55,030 bases of DNA. Origin: Candidatus Doudnabacteria bacterium. Its GTDB lineage: Bacteria > Patescibacteriota > JABMPQ01 > JAGQLO01. This document shows positions 1 through 8,995 of the stretch, in pieces; the first letter of the stretch is position 1; each line of letters opens with the position of its first letter. The translations under genes were made by a program, and so were the position numbers. The stretch is from the NCBI GenBank assembly GCA_020429185.1, contig JAGQLO010000002.1, forward strand, positions 1-55,030, written 5' to 3'. The notes below the pieces were generated by a model, which saw only the letters and a list, made by a program, of their open reading frames with translations, did not search any database and was not told the origin of the DNA.

Positions 1-681
1 AAAGCGCTGGTGATTGGTATTCACCTGAACTCCTTTCAGACAAGCGGAATGGTCTATCACGGAGATATCGACGGTGACCATGTTTCGAATGTGCGTGATA
101 CAGATGTTGATGGCGACGGCATTCCTAATGTGATGGATGCTGATGCGAATGGAAACGGTCTTACAAACGAGGAAGACGCCCTTGCGGCACTCGACGATAT
201 GACAGGTGTGTGGCACGACCCACTCAATGGATCGTTTTTGAATATGTTTACTCGCCTTGGGTTCTTTTTACATTCAGATGTCGTGCATCGTGCCTATGAT
301 CGTGCAGGTATCTTCTTTCTTACAGAGATTGGAGAGGATTCAAAAATACGTGAGGATCATGACTACGTTGGAAATTTGGCGGATGCGAAGGATGTTCGCA
401 TTGCCGCGAATTTGTTTGAATTCTTCAAGTCGCGTGACCTTCTTGTAGAGTCGACGGAGTCATCTGAGCCGGGAGATCTTGCCTTTATTGATAACGGACG
501 CATGGTAGGCGTTGTGTCTGAACATGCTCCTGATTCTGGGTTTGGGGATCATGGTCCCGGAGAACCTTCTATTACCATGGTGGTGCCGACAGAGGAGGTC
601 ATGCCCTACACGCAGGAAAAGATTGAATCGTCGATTGGCGAAATTACGCATTGGGGTCGCTTGTCTCTTGGATACGAATAG
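1..681 (+). CDS. Hypothetical protein, C-terminal part (5' end outside window), with Asp-rich calcium-binding-type repeats
   Basis: Frame 1 is open from base 1 to the stop at 679-681. It contains DxDxDG-type repeats (DIDGDH, DTDVDGDGIPNVMDADANGNG) resembling thrombospondin type-3/Ca-binding repeats. No catalytic motif recognised. Confidence 0.6.
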   Translation, partial: KALVIGIHLNSFQTSGMVYHGDIDGDHVSNVRDTDVDGDGIPNVMDADANGNGLTNEEDALAALDDMTGVWHDPLNGSFLNMFTRLGFFLHSDVVHRAYDRAGIFFLTEIGEDSKIREDHDYVGNLADAKDVRIAANLFEFFKSRDLLVESTESSEPGDLAFIDNGRMVGVVSEHAPDSGFGDHGPGEPSITMVVPTEEVMPYTQEKIESSIGEITHWGRLSLGYE

Positions 682-695
682 GGCATCCTTTTGTT

Positions 696-1824
696 ATGAC
701 ACTTCCTGAAGCTGAAAAGGCGCTTTTATCCCTGCCGTCTCGTATTGCCGAGGCGCAGGACCGTCTTTGACGTAGGTACAAAACAAACGGAACTTGCTGA
801 ACTTGAGGTGCAGGCACAAGCTGCAGATTTTTGGTCTGATCAGACGACGGCAAAAAAGGTGACGCAGCGTATTGAGCGCCTTCGTCGACTTATTGAGTTA
901 TGGACAGAGTTGAAAGTGGAAGCTGACGATCTTGTAGAAATGCTTGAAATTGCGAAGGAGGATTCGAGTCTCGAAGAAGAGTTTCTAGAGCGTGTAGAGC
1001 GCTTGCAAACACGTTTCGATGAGCAAGAGAGTCGTTCGCTGTTATCTGGTCAGTACGATGCAAATGATGCGGTGCTTGTATTGAAGGCGGGCGCTGGTGG
1101 AGTGGATGCGATGGATTGGACGGACATGCTTAAGCGTATGTATTTGCGCTTCATTGAGCAGCAAGAATGGAAGGCGGAACTTCTTGAAGAATCGCGAGGA
1201 GAGGAGGCCGGGATAAAGAGTGCAACCATTCTTGTATCGGGTGAGTATGCGTATGGCATGTTGCACGCTGAAGTGGGAACGCATCGACTCGTGCGACTCT
1301 CTCCCTTTAATTCCGACAACTTGCGGCAAACCTCGTTTGCAAGCGTTGAGGTGCTACCAGAGTTAGATGACATCGCCGAAATCGAGATTAAAGAAGAAGA
1401 ACTACGTATCGATACCTACCGTGCGAGCGGAGCAGGTGGTCAACACGTGAATAAAACGGACTCCGCGGTTCGTATTACACATGAGCCAACTGGTATAGTG
1501 GTGGCAGTACAGAATGAACGATCTCAACTTCAGAATAAGGAAACGGCCTTAAAGATTTTGGCGGGAAAACTCGCTGAGCGTGCAGAACAAGCCAAAGAAG
1601 AGGAGTTGGCCGCTCTTCAAGGAGAGCGAAAGGGGGCAAGTTGGGGAAATCAAATTCGCTCATATGTACTCCAACCATATAAGATGGTGAAGGATCATCG
1701 CACGAACTATGAAACGGCGGCCGTAGATGATGTTCTCGATGGTGCACTTGATCCATTCATTGACGCGGAACTCAAACGCAAACAGCAATCGCATGGCAGA
1801 ACCGAAGCCCAAGACAACCATTAA
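696..1824 (+). CDS. prfB: Peptide chain release factor 2 with programmed +1 frameshift, join(696..767,769..1824)
   Basis: ATG at 696 opens a 24-codon frame-0 ORF (MTLPEAEKALLSLPSRIAEAQDRL) ending in CTT TGA C at 765-771. Skipping T768 continues in frame with DVGTKQTELAEL..., SPF, the GGQ motif (SGAGGQHVNKTDSAVRITH) and an RF2-like C-terminus. The ORF track only shows the downstream frame from 745. Confidence 0.9.
757..771 (+). promoter_or_regulatory. RF2 autoregulatory +1 frameshift site (SD-like AGGA, then CTT TGA C)
   Basis: AGGA at 757-760 lies 4 nt upstream of the slippery CTT (765-767). In-frame TGA at 768-770 is followed by C771, the same architecture as the E. coli prfB CUU UGA C site. 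Confidence 0.8.
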
Positions 1825-2608
1825 GTTGAAGGCGAAAGACACGTCTCCTAAGGCACAGAAGTCTTCTTCTGGTCCAACTGTTCGTACCGGAAGAAAGCCA
1901 CGTGCTATCCCAAAGAAAGGGGAGCCTCTTATTGTGGCTGAGTATCTCTCAAAGGCATTTGGAAAGGATGCGTTTGCGCTTGATGATGTTTCGTTAGAAA
2001 TTCGCGAGGGAGAATTTGTGTCGCTCGTGGGAAGAAGTGGGGCGGGGAAGTCGACGCTGACAAATATGATTATTGGCGAGGAGCGACTGACGGAAGGGCG
2101 CTTGTTTGTGAACGGATGGAATGTGTCGTTGCTCAAGCGCCGTCATATTCCGTTTTTCCGTCGGCAGATTGGTGTTGTGTTCCAGGACTTTAAGCTTTTG
2201 TCTCGAAAGACCGTGTTTGAAAACGTTGCGTTTGCTCTTGTGGTGCGTGGAGCTCCTCATAAGCAGATTATGGAAGATGTGCCTCGTATGTTGGCTCTTG
2301 TTGGGCTTGCCGGAAAAGAAGAGCGCTTTCCACACGAACTTTCTGGTGGTGAAAAACAACGTGTAGCAATTGCACGTGCCTTCGTTCATCGTCCAAAACT
2401 ACTTGTGGCAGATGAGCCGACGGGAAACTTAGATGCCTTGTACGCGTGGGAAATTATTGAAGTTCTTTTGAAAATTAATGAACTTGGAACAACGGTGCTT
2501 CTTGCAACGCATGACCGTGACATTGTAAATCGTCTTCACCGTCGAGTGATAACGCTTGATGGAGGACGTTTGATTCGTGATCAAGAAGTAGGTGAATACG
2601 TACTCTAA
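1793..2608 (+). CDS. ftsE: Cell division ATP-binding protein FtsE
   Basis: Walker A GRSGAGKST, signature LSGGEKQRVAIARA, Walker B LLVADEPTGNLD. Followed by ftsX with an overlapping stop/start. ATG 1793 gives a ~45-aa Lys/Pro-rich N-terminal extension. GTG at 1934, 9 nt after GGGGAG, is an alternative start. Confidence 0.88.
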   Translation: MAEPKPKTTIKLKAKDTSPKAQKSSSGPTVRTGRKPRAIPKKGEPLIVAEYLSKAFGKDAFALDDVSLEIREGEFVSLVGRSGAGKSTLTNMIIGEERLTEGRLFVNGWNVSLLKRRHIPFFRRQIGVVFQDFKLLSRKTVFENVAFALVVRGAPHKQIMEDVPRMLALVGLAGKEERFPHELSGGEKQRVAIARAFVHRPKLLVADEPTGNLDALYAWEIIEVLLKINELGTTVLLATHDRDIVNRLHRRVITLDGGRLIRDQEVGEYVL

Positions 2609-3516
2609 TGCTGACGTTCTTCCGCATCGTAAAATTTGCCTTCGCTACTGTGTGGCGCAATGTGTGGTTGTCGTTCGCAACAACACTTGTCATGTTCTTG
2701 GCATTGTTCATGGTGACCGTACTGATCCTGTTGAACGTGTTAGCTACCGGTGCCCTTGAGGTTGTCCAAGATAAGGTGGATTTGTCTGTGTATTTTGTGT
2801 CGGATGCAACAACAGAAGAGGTGAATGTGGTGCGTACCCAGCTGCAGTCTCGCTCTGATGTCAATACGATTACTTATATTTCGAAGGAGCAGGCATTGAA
2901 GGACTTCGAAGAGCGCCACTCAGATAACCCACTTATTCAAAGTGCGCTTGATGAGCTTGAAAACCCACTGCAGCCGTCTCTTATTGTGAAGGCAAATACT
3001 CCAGATCAGTATTCTGCTATTTCAGAGTTTCTCACGAGTGAACAATTCAGTGGTGTTATTGAGGATGTAAATCTAGACGACAATCGTCAGATTGTTGAAA
3101 AACTTACGTCAACAACTGGAATTCTTTCTCAGCTTGCTGTTTGGGTAAGTCTTCTCTTCACGATTATCGCGGTGCTGATTACCTTTAACACGATCCGACT
3201 CGCAATTTACACGCAGAAAGATGAAATTTCTGTCATGAAGTTGGTTGGGGCAACACGAACGTTGATTCGTATGCCGCTCGTGCTGGCAGCTGCGTTCTAT
3301 GCGGTTGTGGCAGCAGCGCTCTCAACAGCATTGTTGTTCCCTGTGGTGAATTATATTGGCCCTCGCGCCAATGCATTTTTGGGCGAAGTTACGGTAGACA
3401 TTGAGTCGTATTTCTTCGACAATTTTTGGTTAATCTTTTTGGCGCAATTCACGTTTGCGGTTGTGCTCGCCGTTGTGTCTTCGTCGATTGCAATGCGGCG
3501 CTATTTGAAGAAATAA
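2608..3516 (+). CDS. ftsX: Cell division permease-like protein FtsX
   Basis: TAATG stop/start overlap with ftsE. One N-terminal TM, a periplasmic-type domain and three C-terminal TMs, typical of the FtsX family. Confidence 0.85.
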   Translation: MLTFFRIVKFAFATVWRNVWLSFATTLVMFLALFMVTVLILLNVLATGALEVVQDKVDLSVYFVSDATTEEVNVVRTQLQSRSDVNTITYISKEQALKDFEERHSDNPLIQSALDELENPLQPSLIVKANTPDQYSAISEFLTSEQFSGVIEDVNLDDNRQIVEKLTSTTGILSQLAVWVSLLFTIIAVLITFNTIRLAIYTQKDEISVMKLVGATRTLIRMPLVLAAAFYAVVAAALSTALLFPVVNYIGPRANAFLGEVTVDIESYFFDNFWLIFLAQFTFAVVLAVVSSSIAMRRYLKK

Positions 3517-3522
3517 ACCGCC

Positions 3523-3551
3523 TTGATTTTTGTTGTGTATTCCCGTATTCT
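3523..3551 (+). promoter_or_regulatory. Candidate sigma70-type promoter for tRNA-Gln
   Basis: TTGATT (3523-3528), 17-nt spacer, TATTCT (3546-3551), about 15 nt upstream of the tRNA 5' end. Confidence 0.3.
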
Positions 3552-3565
3552 CGTGCGGTAGAGAT

Positions 3566-3640
3566 TGGGGAGTAGCCAAGTGGTAAGGCAATAGGTTCTG
3601 GTCCTATGTACCGGGGGTTCGAATCCCTCCTCCCCAGCCA
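3566..3640 (+). tRNA. tRNA-Gln (anticodon CUG), CCA encoded
   Basis: Hand-folded cloverleaf. Acceptor TGGGGAG/CTCCCCA with U1:A72. D arm GCC..GGC. Anticodon stem ATAGG/CCTAT with loop TTCTGGT (CTG). T arm GGGGG-TTCGAAT-CCCTC. Discriminator G plus CCA. Very similar in layout to E. coli tRNA-Gln2. Confidence 0.93.
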
Positions 3641-3647
3641 AGAAGAA

Positions 3648-3672
3648 TTCGTCGTGAGAACGGCGAGTTTTT
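3648..3672 (+). terminator. Rho-independent terminator after tRNA-Gln
   Basis: Stem TTCGTCG/CGGCGAG (two G-U pairs, T48-G67 and T52-G63), 6-nt loop, then TTTTT (3668-3672). Confidence 0.55.
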
Positions 3673-3678
3673 ATGTGT

Positions 3679-3714
3679 AAAAAAAGAACCCACTGTGACG
3701 CTGGTCTACAGGGG
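3679..3714 (-). terminator. Rho-independent terminator of GC-rich island A ORF
   Basis: On the minus strand: CCCCTGT..ACAGTGGG stem (one bulge) followed by TTCTTTTTTT, immediately after the stop at 3717-3719. Confidence 0.5.
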
Positions 3715-3716
3715 AA

Positions 3717-4823
3717 CTAGAGTGCGGTTGTGTCGAGAAGCCACGTCACGAGAGGAACGAGGCTCTGCAAGCGAGCGTTTCGTTCGCTGTTCGACATGCG
3801 CACTTGCCCTCCAATGTCCGCCGCGATCGTTCCGAAGCAGCGTTCCAGCAGGGCAATGCGCAGCCACCGAGCGCGATGCGTGGCGTCACCTTCTACGCGG
3901 AATGGGTGTAGGTTCCTAACCATGCAATCGATCCACTCCTGCACATCGGTCAGCAGTGTATCGCCGCTACGTCCTTGCCAGTTCGGATGCATGATGCAGC
4001 ATACCCAGATGGCGTACGCCGCTGCGTATCCGGTGGGACGAGGTGCAAGGTGCTCCCAGCTCAGGACGCCCCACTGATGAGACGCAGGCTGATGTTCCGC
4101 AGGGAGCGGCACGAATCGTCGTGGTGACGGAGCGCCGTGTTCCCAGAACATCCGCTTTGCGTCTGTTCCAACGTACCAGCCAATGACGCGGTTTTGCATC
4201 TGCTGCTGAACGTAGGCGTCGAAGTACTGGCTCACGAGGCTCGCACTGCCAGTCTGTTCGCACAGTTGCCACCACCGATCCATGCGGGCCGTGTGCAGCG
4301 CGACTGCCGTCCGTTCCTCTGGTGTCGCAGCACGAAGTGAGGCCATGCCGCCTAGCGTTTGTTGCAGCAGCCACAAGCCCTGAGCGAAGTGTTCTCGCTC
4401 GTTTGCGTGCAGCGTATGATCATGCAGAGGCTCACCGAGATACTCCTCGATGACCCAAGGCCACGCTGCCTGCGTGCCGTAATCGGTGGCGTGTGCCAAG
4501 AGGCGAGGGGCAACGATGGATCTCGTTTCCCTACCGCTCAGGAACTGCCGGGCCACGATCAGGCATTCTGCCGGCTTCTGTAGCCGCTGACGCGGGTCAT
4601 GCCTCAGCTTGAGCACCGCTTGAGCTTGCTGTGTTCCATCAGTGCGTTCAGGCATACTTCCCATGACGCGCGCGATCCGTGGCTTCCCATCGTAGTAGAA
4701 TTGCACGACTGGTTGGCCATCAGGTTCAAAGCCTGCCCGAAGGGCTGCCTCGAACGCTACTTTGAACGCCGGGTCCGTACGGACTCCAGGGTCGTGTTCA
4801 AACAACTCCTCGAACGTTCTCAC
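3717..4823 (-). CDS. Orphan hypothetical protein (GC-rich island A)
   Basis: 368-aa ORF with a GTG start (an in-frame TGA lies 4 codons upstream). One hand-counted line is 65% GC. Shadow ORFs in several frames, typical of high-GC DNA. Own terminator. No motif recognised. Confidence 0.6.
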   Translation of the reverse strand: MRTFEELFEHDPGVRTDPAFKVAFEAALRAGFEPDGQPVVQFYYDGKPRIARVMGSMPERTDGTQQAQAVLKLRHDPRQRLQKPAECLIVARQFLSGRETRSIVAPRLLAHATDYGTQAAWPWVIEEYLGEPLHDHTLHANEREHFAQGLWLLQQTLGGMASLRAATPEERTAVALHTARMDRWWQLCEQTGSASLVSQYFDAYVQQQMQNRVIGWYVGTDAKRMFWEHGAPSPRRFVPLPAEHQPASHQWGVLSWEHLAPRPTGYAAAYAIWVCCIMHPNWQGRSGDTLLTDVQEWIDCMVRNLHPFRVEGDATHRARWLRIALLERCFGTIAADIGGQVRMSNSERNARLQSLVPLVTWLLDTTAL

Positions 4824-4887
4824 GTTGTTGGCTCACTTTCTTCGTCTGCTATAGACGATCGATGTACGTGCGTGTTTGCACGCTTCA

Positions 4888-4905
4888 CAACGTGTGAACA
4901 CGTTG
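4888..4905. promoter_or_regulatory. Perfect 8-bp inverted repeat CAACGTGT-GA-ACACGTTG
   Basis: Lies between the typA stop (4920) and the island A ORF start (4823). The 2-nt spacer argues for a protein-binding palindrome rather than a hairpin. Confidence 0.3.
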
Positions 4906-4919
4906 CTGAATGGAAAGAA

Positions 4920-6716
4920 CTATCGACGACCTGCCTGTTTTCGGGCAGCCTCCGTAAGATGCTGCTTACGGATGCGTACGTTTTCAGGCGTAATCTCCGC
5001 GTATTCGTCGTCTGAAATATACTCGAGAGCGCGTTCCAGTGTCATGTCGAGTGGCGGAGTTAATGCAATAGCGTCATCCGATCCGGCGGCTCGTGTGTTT
5101 GTCAGCTGCTTTCCCTTGATCGGATTGACGGTCATCGTTTCCTTGGAACTTGTCCCGATCACCATGCCTTCATAGACTTCTGTGCCTGGTCCAATGAATA
5201 ATGTTCCACGCTCCTGCAGGTTGTAGAGCGAGAAGCCGAGCGCCTTTCCCTTAACACCAGAAATCATGGATCCTGATTGTCCTCGGTCGATGTTGCCAGC
5301 GTGTGGACCGTATTTTGCAAAGATGTGTGACAGTGTTCCTTCACCTCGAGTCAGTGTGAGGAATTCCATACGGAATCCAAGAAGTCCTCGTGATGGGATG
5401 AGATATTCGAGACGTGTCGATCCATTTTCTGTTTCGAGATTCACCATCTCACCCTTGCGAGCTCCGAGTTTTTCGATCACTGCTCCTGCGTGTTCTTCTG
5501 GCAAGTCGATCACAACGGATTCGTATGGCTCCAACGTGTTTCCGTCTTCTTCACGGAAGATGACTTGGGGCTGGCTTACTTGAAGTTCAAACCCCTCGCG
5601 GCGCATTGTTTCAATCAGAACAGACAGGTGCATTTCACCGCGACCACTTACCTTGAATGTGTCTGAGTTTTCTGGAAATTCTACTTGGAGACCGACATTG
5701 GTTTCGAGTTCGCGCTCAAGTCGATCACGAATTTGTCGGGATGTGACAAGATCTCCCTCTTGTCCTGCAAAAGGGGAGTCGTTTACCAAGAAGTTCATGG
5801 TAAGGGTTGGGGGATCGATCTCGATTGCTGGCAGTGCTTCTACGTCTGCAGATGCCGCGATTGTGTCTCCGGCATCTACGGTTGGAATACCGGCAACCGT
5901 GACGATATCTCCCGCTTCCGCCTCTTCTACTTCTACATGTTGTAGGCCATGGGCAGACTTGATCTGTGTGATCTTGTGAGACTCATGTGTCCCGTCGGGC
6001 TTCAAGAGTGTGACGTTCATGCCTGTCTTGATCGTGCCGTCGTAAATACGTCCTGTTGCTTGTCGCCCCACGAAGTCATCGTAGGCAAGGTTTACGGCCT
6101 GCATGCGCATTGGAGATGCGGTGTCGTTTGATGCTGACGGAACGGTTTCAAGAATGAGGTCAAACAATGGCTTTAGGTCAGTGCTTCCATCGCCAACTTC
6201 TGTATGTGCTGTCCCAGATTTTGCGTTGGTGTAGATATGCTTGAACTCAAGCTGCTCATTGGTGGCACCAAGCTCGGTGAACAGATCGAATGTCATGTCG
6301 AGTACGTCATCCGGGCGAGCAGACGGCTTGTCGATCTTATTGATAACAAGAATAGGCTTTAGGCCTAGTTCAAGCGACTTACGAAGCACAAACTTGGTCT
6401 GCGGCATTGGACCTTCGAAGGCATCAACGAGAAGAAGTACGGAATCTACCATGCGAAGAACACGCTCTACCTCAGAGCCGAAGTCGGCGTGTCCAGGCGT
6501 GTCGACAATGTTGAGTTTTGTTTCGCCAACCATGACAGATGTGTTCTTGGCGTAGATTGTAATTCCGCGTTCTTTTTCTTGGTCGTTACTGTCCATGACA
6601 CGCTCGACAATCTCATCGCGATCAGAAAAGGCCCCAGATTGCTGAAGCATAGCGTCAACCAATGTTGTTTTACCGTGGTCAACGTGGGCGATAATGGCGA
6701 TGTTGCGGAAGTCCAT
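4920..6716 (-). CDS. typA: Translational GTPase TypA/BipA
   Basis: N-terminus [34 protein letters not shown], and the EF-G-like domain order lacking domain IV. About 600 aa as expected. Confidence 0.95.
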   Translation of the reverse strand: MDFRNIAIIAHVDHGKTTLVDAMLQQSGAFSDRDEIVERVMDSNDQEKERGITIYAKNTSVMVGETKLNIVDTPGHADFGSEVERVLRMVDSVLLLVDAFEGPMPQTKFVLRKSLELGLKPILVINKIDKPSARPDDVLDMTFDLFTELGATNEQLEFKHIYTNAKSGTAHTEVGDGSTDLKPLFDLILETVPSASNDTASPMRMQAVNLAYDDFVGRQATGRIYDGTIKTGMNVTLLKPDGTHESHKITQIKSAHGLQHVEVEEAEAGDIVTVAGIPTVDAGDTIAASADVEALPAIEIDPPTLTMNFLVNDSPFAGQEGDLVTSRQIRDRLERELETNVGLQVEFPENSDTFKVSGRGEMHLSVLIETMRREGFELQVSQPQVIFREEDGNTLEPYESVVIDLPEEHAGAVIEKLGARKGEMVNLETENGSTRLEYLIPSRGLLGFRMEFLTLTRGEGTLSHIFAKYGPHAGNIDRGQSGSMISGVKGKALGFSLYNLQERGTLFIGPGTEVYEGMVIGTSSKETMTVNPIKGKQLTNTRAAGSDDAIALTPPLDMTLERALEYISDDEYAEITPENVRIRKQHLTEAARKQAGRR

Positions 6717-6787
6717 AAAAAAAGAGGTGTCGGATCAGTAGGTTCTGTCCTATGAAGATGATGGAAATGTATGCTTTTGTCAATCGG

Positions 6788-7402
6788 TTAGCGGCCCGTT
6801 GAAGTGCCTAATCTTCGCTGTAGGCGAAATGCTGCGTATCCTCCAAGAAGTACAACGAGTAGCAATCCCGCGTATCCAAGCGCGAGTGACCAAGTGGGGA
6901 TGGCAAGACGTGCCGGAACGAATGCCATCACAAACGCGGTATACCAAGAGCTGGCTGAAACACCTCCAAGGATGAAGGCGAACATGCGTCTTCGAGTGAG
7001 TTCCGCTGTTGAATCTTGTTTCTTTGAGAACTGAATCTTTGGAAGTGCCGGTGAAATGTAGAGACCGAGAATGAGTCCATTTATGACCAGAACAACAAAT
7101 GCCGACATTTTCGCGACAAATTTGGCTGATTCAAGGAGCACTTCCCAGTTTTGGCTAAAGAGAAGCAGTCCCGAGCTTGCCAAAAGAAGTACGCCAACCC
7201 AGATGACACCGCTGAGTGTTTTGAGGAGTGCATGTTCGTCTGAGCGAACTCGGCGATCGCGAAGCATGCGCACAAATAGAATGTCTGTGATCGTGGCCCC
7301 TCCGAGTCCAATCGCAACTCCAAGAAGATGAACGGCTCTTACGAGCTGATAGTGTGTTGGGTCAGTGAAGAATTCCATGAAGAAATGATAGCATTTCTTC
7401 AT
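6788..7402 (-). CDS. Integral membrane protein of unknown function
   Basis: About 5 predicted TM helices. The start at 7402 would overlap the divergent GIY-YIG start, so the second Met at 7378 (MEFFTD) is the likelier start. Confidence 0.65.
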   Translation of the reverse strand: MKKCYHFFMEFFTDPTHYQLVRAVHLLGVAIGLGGATITDILFVRMLRDRRVRSDEHALLKTLSGVIWVGVLLLASSGLLLFSQNWEVLLESAKFVAKMSAFVVLVINGLILGLYISPALPKIQFSKKQDSTAELTRRRMFAFILGGVSASSWYTAFVMAFVPARLAIPTWSLALGYAGLLLVVLLGGYAAFRLQRRLGTSTGR

Positions 7403-7403
7403 G
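7376..7403. repeat. Perfect 12-bp inverted repeat CATGAAGAAATG-atag-CATTTCTTCATG
   Basis: Arms at 7376-7387 and 7392-7403 are exact reverse complements. It sits exactly at the head-to-head junction of the two divergent genes and contains their candidate ATGs. Confidence 0.6.
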
Positions 7404-7646
7404 CCTTCCCATTCCTACACTGTTTACATGTTGCGCTGTCGTGATGGGTCTTTGTATACGGGTATTGCGCGTAATGTAGAGCAGCGTTTGAAGCAACACG
7501 AAGCGGGGAGCGGTTCGAAGTATGTTCGTTCTCGGTTGCCGGTTCGTCTTGTGTTTACTGAGGGCCATCCGGATCGTTCTTCTGCGCAGCGTCGTGAAGC
7601 AGAGTTAAAATCACTTACACGTAGAGAGAAAGAGTCCCTGCTTTAG
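7401..7646 (+). CDS. GIY-YIG nuclease superfamily protein (UPF0213/YhbQ-like)
   Basis: YTVYMLRCRDGSLYTGIARNVEQRLKQH matches the GIY..YIG core of the small stand-alone family. 81 aa. Confidence 0.85.
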   Translation: MPSHSYTVYMLRCRDGSLYTGIARNVEQRLKQHEAGSGSKYVRSRLPVRLVFTEGHPDRSSAQRREAELKSLTRREKESLL

Positions 7647-8047
7647 AAGAATTCTTTTAGAACGATCGAAAGGTTTTCGGGAGTTGTATAGGTTTTGATC
7701 GTGAAGTTTGGGTCACCTTGGATCATCTCAGAAAGTAGGTCTGTGTGTGTGCCTTTATAGACGCAGAGTGTTGGGATCTTCTGTTGGGACGCATGTGCGA
7801 GAAGAAAGCCAACACCAAGACTTGGAGTCGTAACTTCTGCTACCACGACATCGGCCTTGGTTAACCGAGCAAGTTCACGTGTGTGTACCGATTCTTCACC
7901 TGTTTCTCCATAGAGAGAAAGATGCTCTTCAGCGATGTGCTCGTTTAAGACACTTCCGTATCGTCGCAGTTCCTCTACAAGGTGGGCATAGATCGGTTGT
8001 TCCTTTCGACCTCCTCGAATTGAGGCCGCGAAAAAGATGTTCTTCAT
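7643..8047 (-). CDS. Nucleoside 2-deoxyribosyltransferase-like / DNPH1 (Rcl)-like deoxynucleotide N-hydrolase
   Basis: N-terminal IFFAASIRGGRKEQPIYAHLVEELRRYGSVLNEH parallels the DNPH1 motif (YFCGSIRGGR...). About 134 aa, as for the family. Confidence 0.7.
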   Translation of the reverse strand: MKNIFFAASIRGGRKEQPIYAHLVEELRRYGSVLNEHIAEEHLSLYGETGEESVHTRELARLTKADVVVAEVTTPSLGVGFLLAHASQQKIPTLCVYKGTHTDLLSEMIQGDPNFTIKTYTTPENLSIVLKEFF

Positions 8048-8050
8048 AAC

Positions 8051-8839
8051 CTAGCGATCTGGCGAAGTGTTCCAGAGGAGGTCAAATGTTGCTTGTTGCA
8101 TGTCGAAGAGTTGTTGATCTTCTACGAGTAGGACTACGGGTTCACGCTCTTCATACCGTGTGTAGAGTAATCGTCCGTCAAACAATTGAAGGTCGAGGAG
8201 GTAGGCGCTATTTGTAGTTGGTACACGTCGATACTGCGTTGTAGAGTCTTCTGGTCGAGCTTTGTTGAGCCAAGCTTCCGCCTCAGGTGTATTTGCAAGC
8301 AAGACGCGCTCTGAAATGCCTGCGTTAATGCGTTGCTTTCTGATGTCACTTCGTACACGTACTCCTGGACGCGCAGAGCGCGTGATATGTGCGTAGGTTG
8401 AGATTTGTGATGGGTGGGAACGCAACATGTCTTCCAAGGCTGTTCGATATCCGTCTATTCCGTCAAAGAATCGAACTCCTGGTCTGTGTTGCGAAAGGCG
8501 ATACCGGTTTTTAAGCTCAGGAACAAGCTCTTTCACCCGCTCTCCGTTTTGTGCGAGTTCTTGTTGCTTGTTCGAAAACAGATCATAGATGCGCTCGGGA
8601 CTCTCTGCGATGTAAATCGTTCGTCGTGGCTGTTTGATGGTCGTGACAAGTCCGTGCTGAATTAACCCATTCAGAATGTGGTAGAGGAGTGTGCGTGGAA
8701 AGGGAGAGAGGGCTTGTAGCTCTTGAACGGTCACGCGTGTGTGATTGAGCATGAGTCGATACAACTCTGCCTCATTTTCAGAAAGGCCGATCTGCTCTAA
8801 GAGAAGTTGTGCATGCGGCTTTTCTGCGGCTTTTGCCAT
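8051..8839 (-). CDS. TrmB-family transcriptional regulator
   Basis: N-terminal winged HTH (LSENEAELYRLMLNHTRVTVQELQALSPFPRTLLYHILNGLIQHGLV) plus a C-terminal domain. Stop lies 3 nt before the DNPH1-like start, so an operon. Confidence 0.8.
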   Translation of the reverse strand: MAKAAEKPHAQLLLEQIGLSENEAELYRLMLNHTRVTVQELQALSPFPRTLLYHILNGLIQHGLVTTIKQPRRTIYIAESPERIYDLFSNKQQELAQNGERVKELVPELKNRYRLSQHRPGVRFFDGIDGYRTALEDMLRSHPSQISTYAHITRSARPGVRVRSDIRKQRINAGISERVLLANTPEAEAWLNKARPEDSTTQYRRVPTTNSAYLLDLQLFDGRLLYTRYEEREPVVLLVEDQQLFDMQQATFDLLWNTSPDR

Positions 8840-8871
8840 AGTGTCAATTCAATTTAAACTCAAATCGCGAT

Positions 8872-8900
8872 AGTATGTTTTCTTTCTTGTATTAAGTCAA
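8872..8900 (-). promoter_or_regulatory. Candidate promoter of the TrmB-like/DNPH1-like operon
   Basis: Minus strand: TTGACT (8895-8900), 17-nt spacer, CATACT (8872-8877), about 30 nt upstream of the ATG at 8839. Confidence 0.25.
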
Positions 8901-8995
8901 TCTAGTGCATCTATGTGTCAGTATATTTTTTACAACAGTGTTTTTTTGCGTTGTGTCGACATCTTTTGTTCGTCATAGTGGAAGAAATCCCTTCT

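Noticed and set aside
1793-1933. Lys/Pro-rich ~45-aa N-terminal extension of FtsE as a novel domain
   Set aside because: It may simply be an over-extended start. GTG 1934 with a GGGGAG SD gives a canonical-length FtsE. I cannot decide without homologues, so it is noted in the feature only.
1660-2136. 158-aa minus-strand ORF antisense to the prfB/ftsE junction. Similar antisense or alternative-frame ORFs occur at 25930-26646, 32493-33065, 19662-20408 and 8911-9585.
   Set aside because: Each lies entirely within a well-supported conserved gene on the other strand or in another frame. They have odd compositions (Cys/Arg/Ser-rich) and lack SD sequences.
3730-4583. Several 67-135-aa ORFs in other frames within island A (3695-3919, 3730-4077, 3967-4374, 4137-4340, 4359-4583)
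   Set aside because: They overlap one another and the 368-aa ORF, have Arg/Cys/Ser-rich compositions, and are expected by chance in ~65% GC sequence.
8915-8995. Longer start for the 8915-9931 ORF
   Set aside because: The added 27 residues (MSVYFLQQCFFALCRHLLFVIVEEIPS) come from the T-rich divergent promoter region. ATG 8996 has a purine-rich SD-like sequence.
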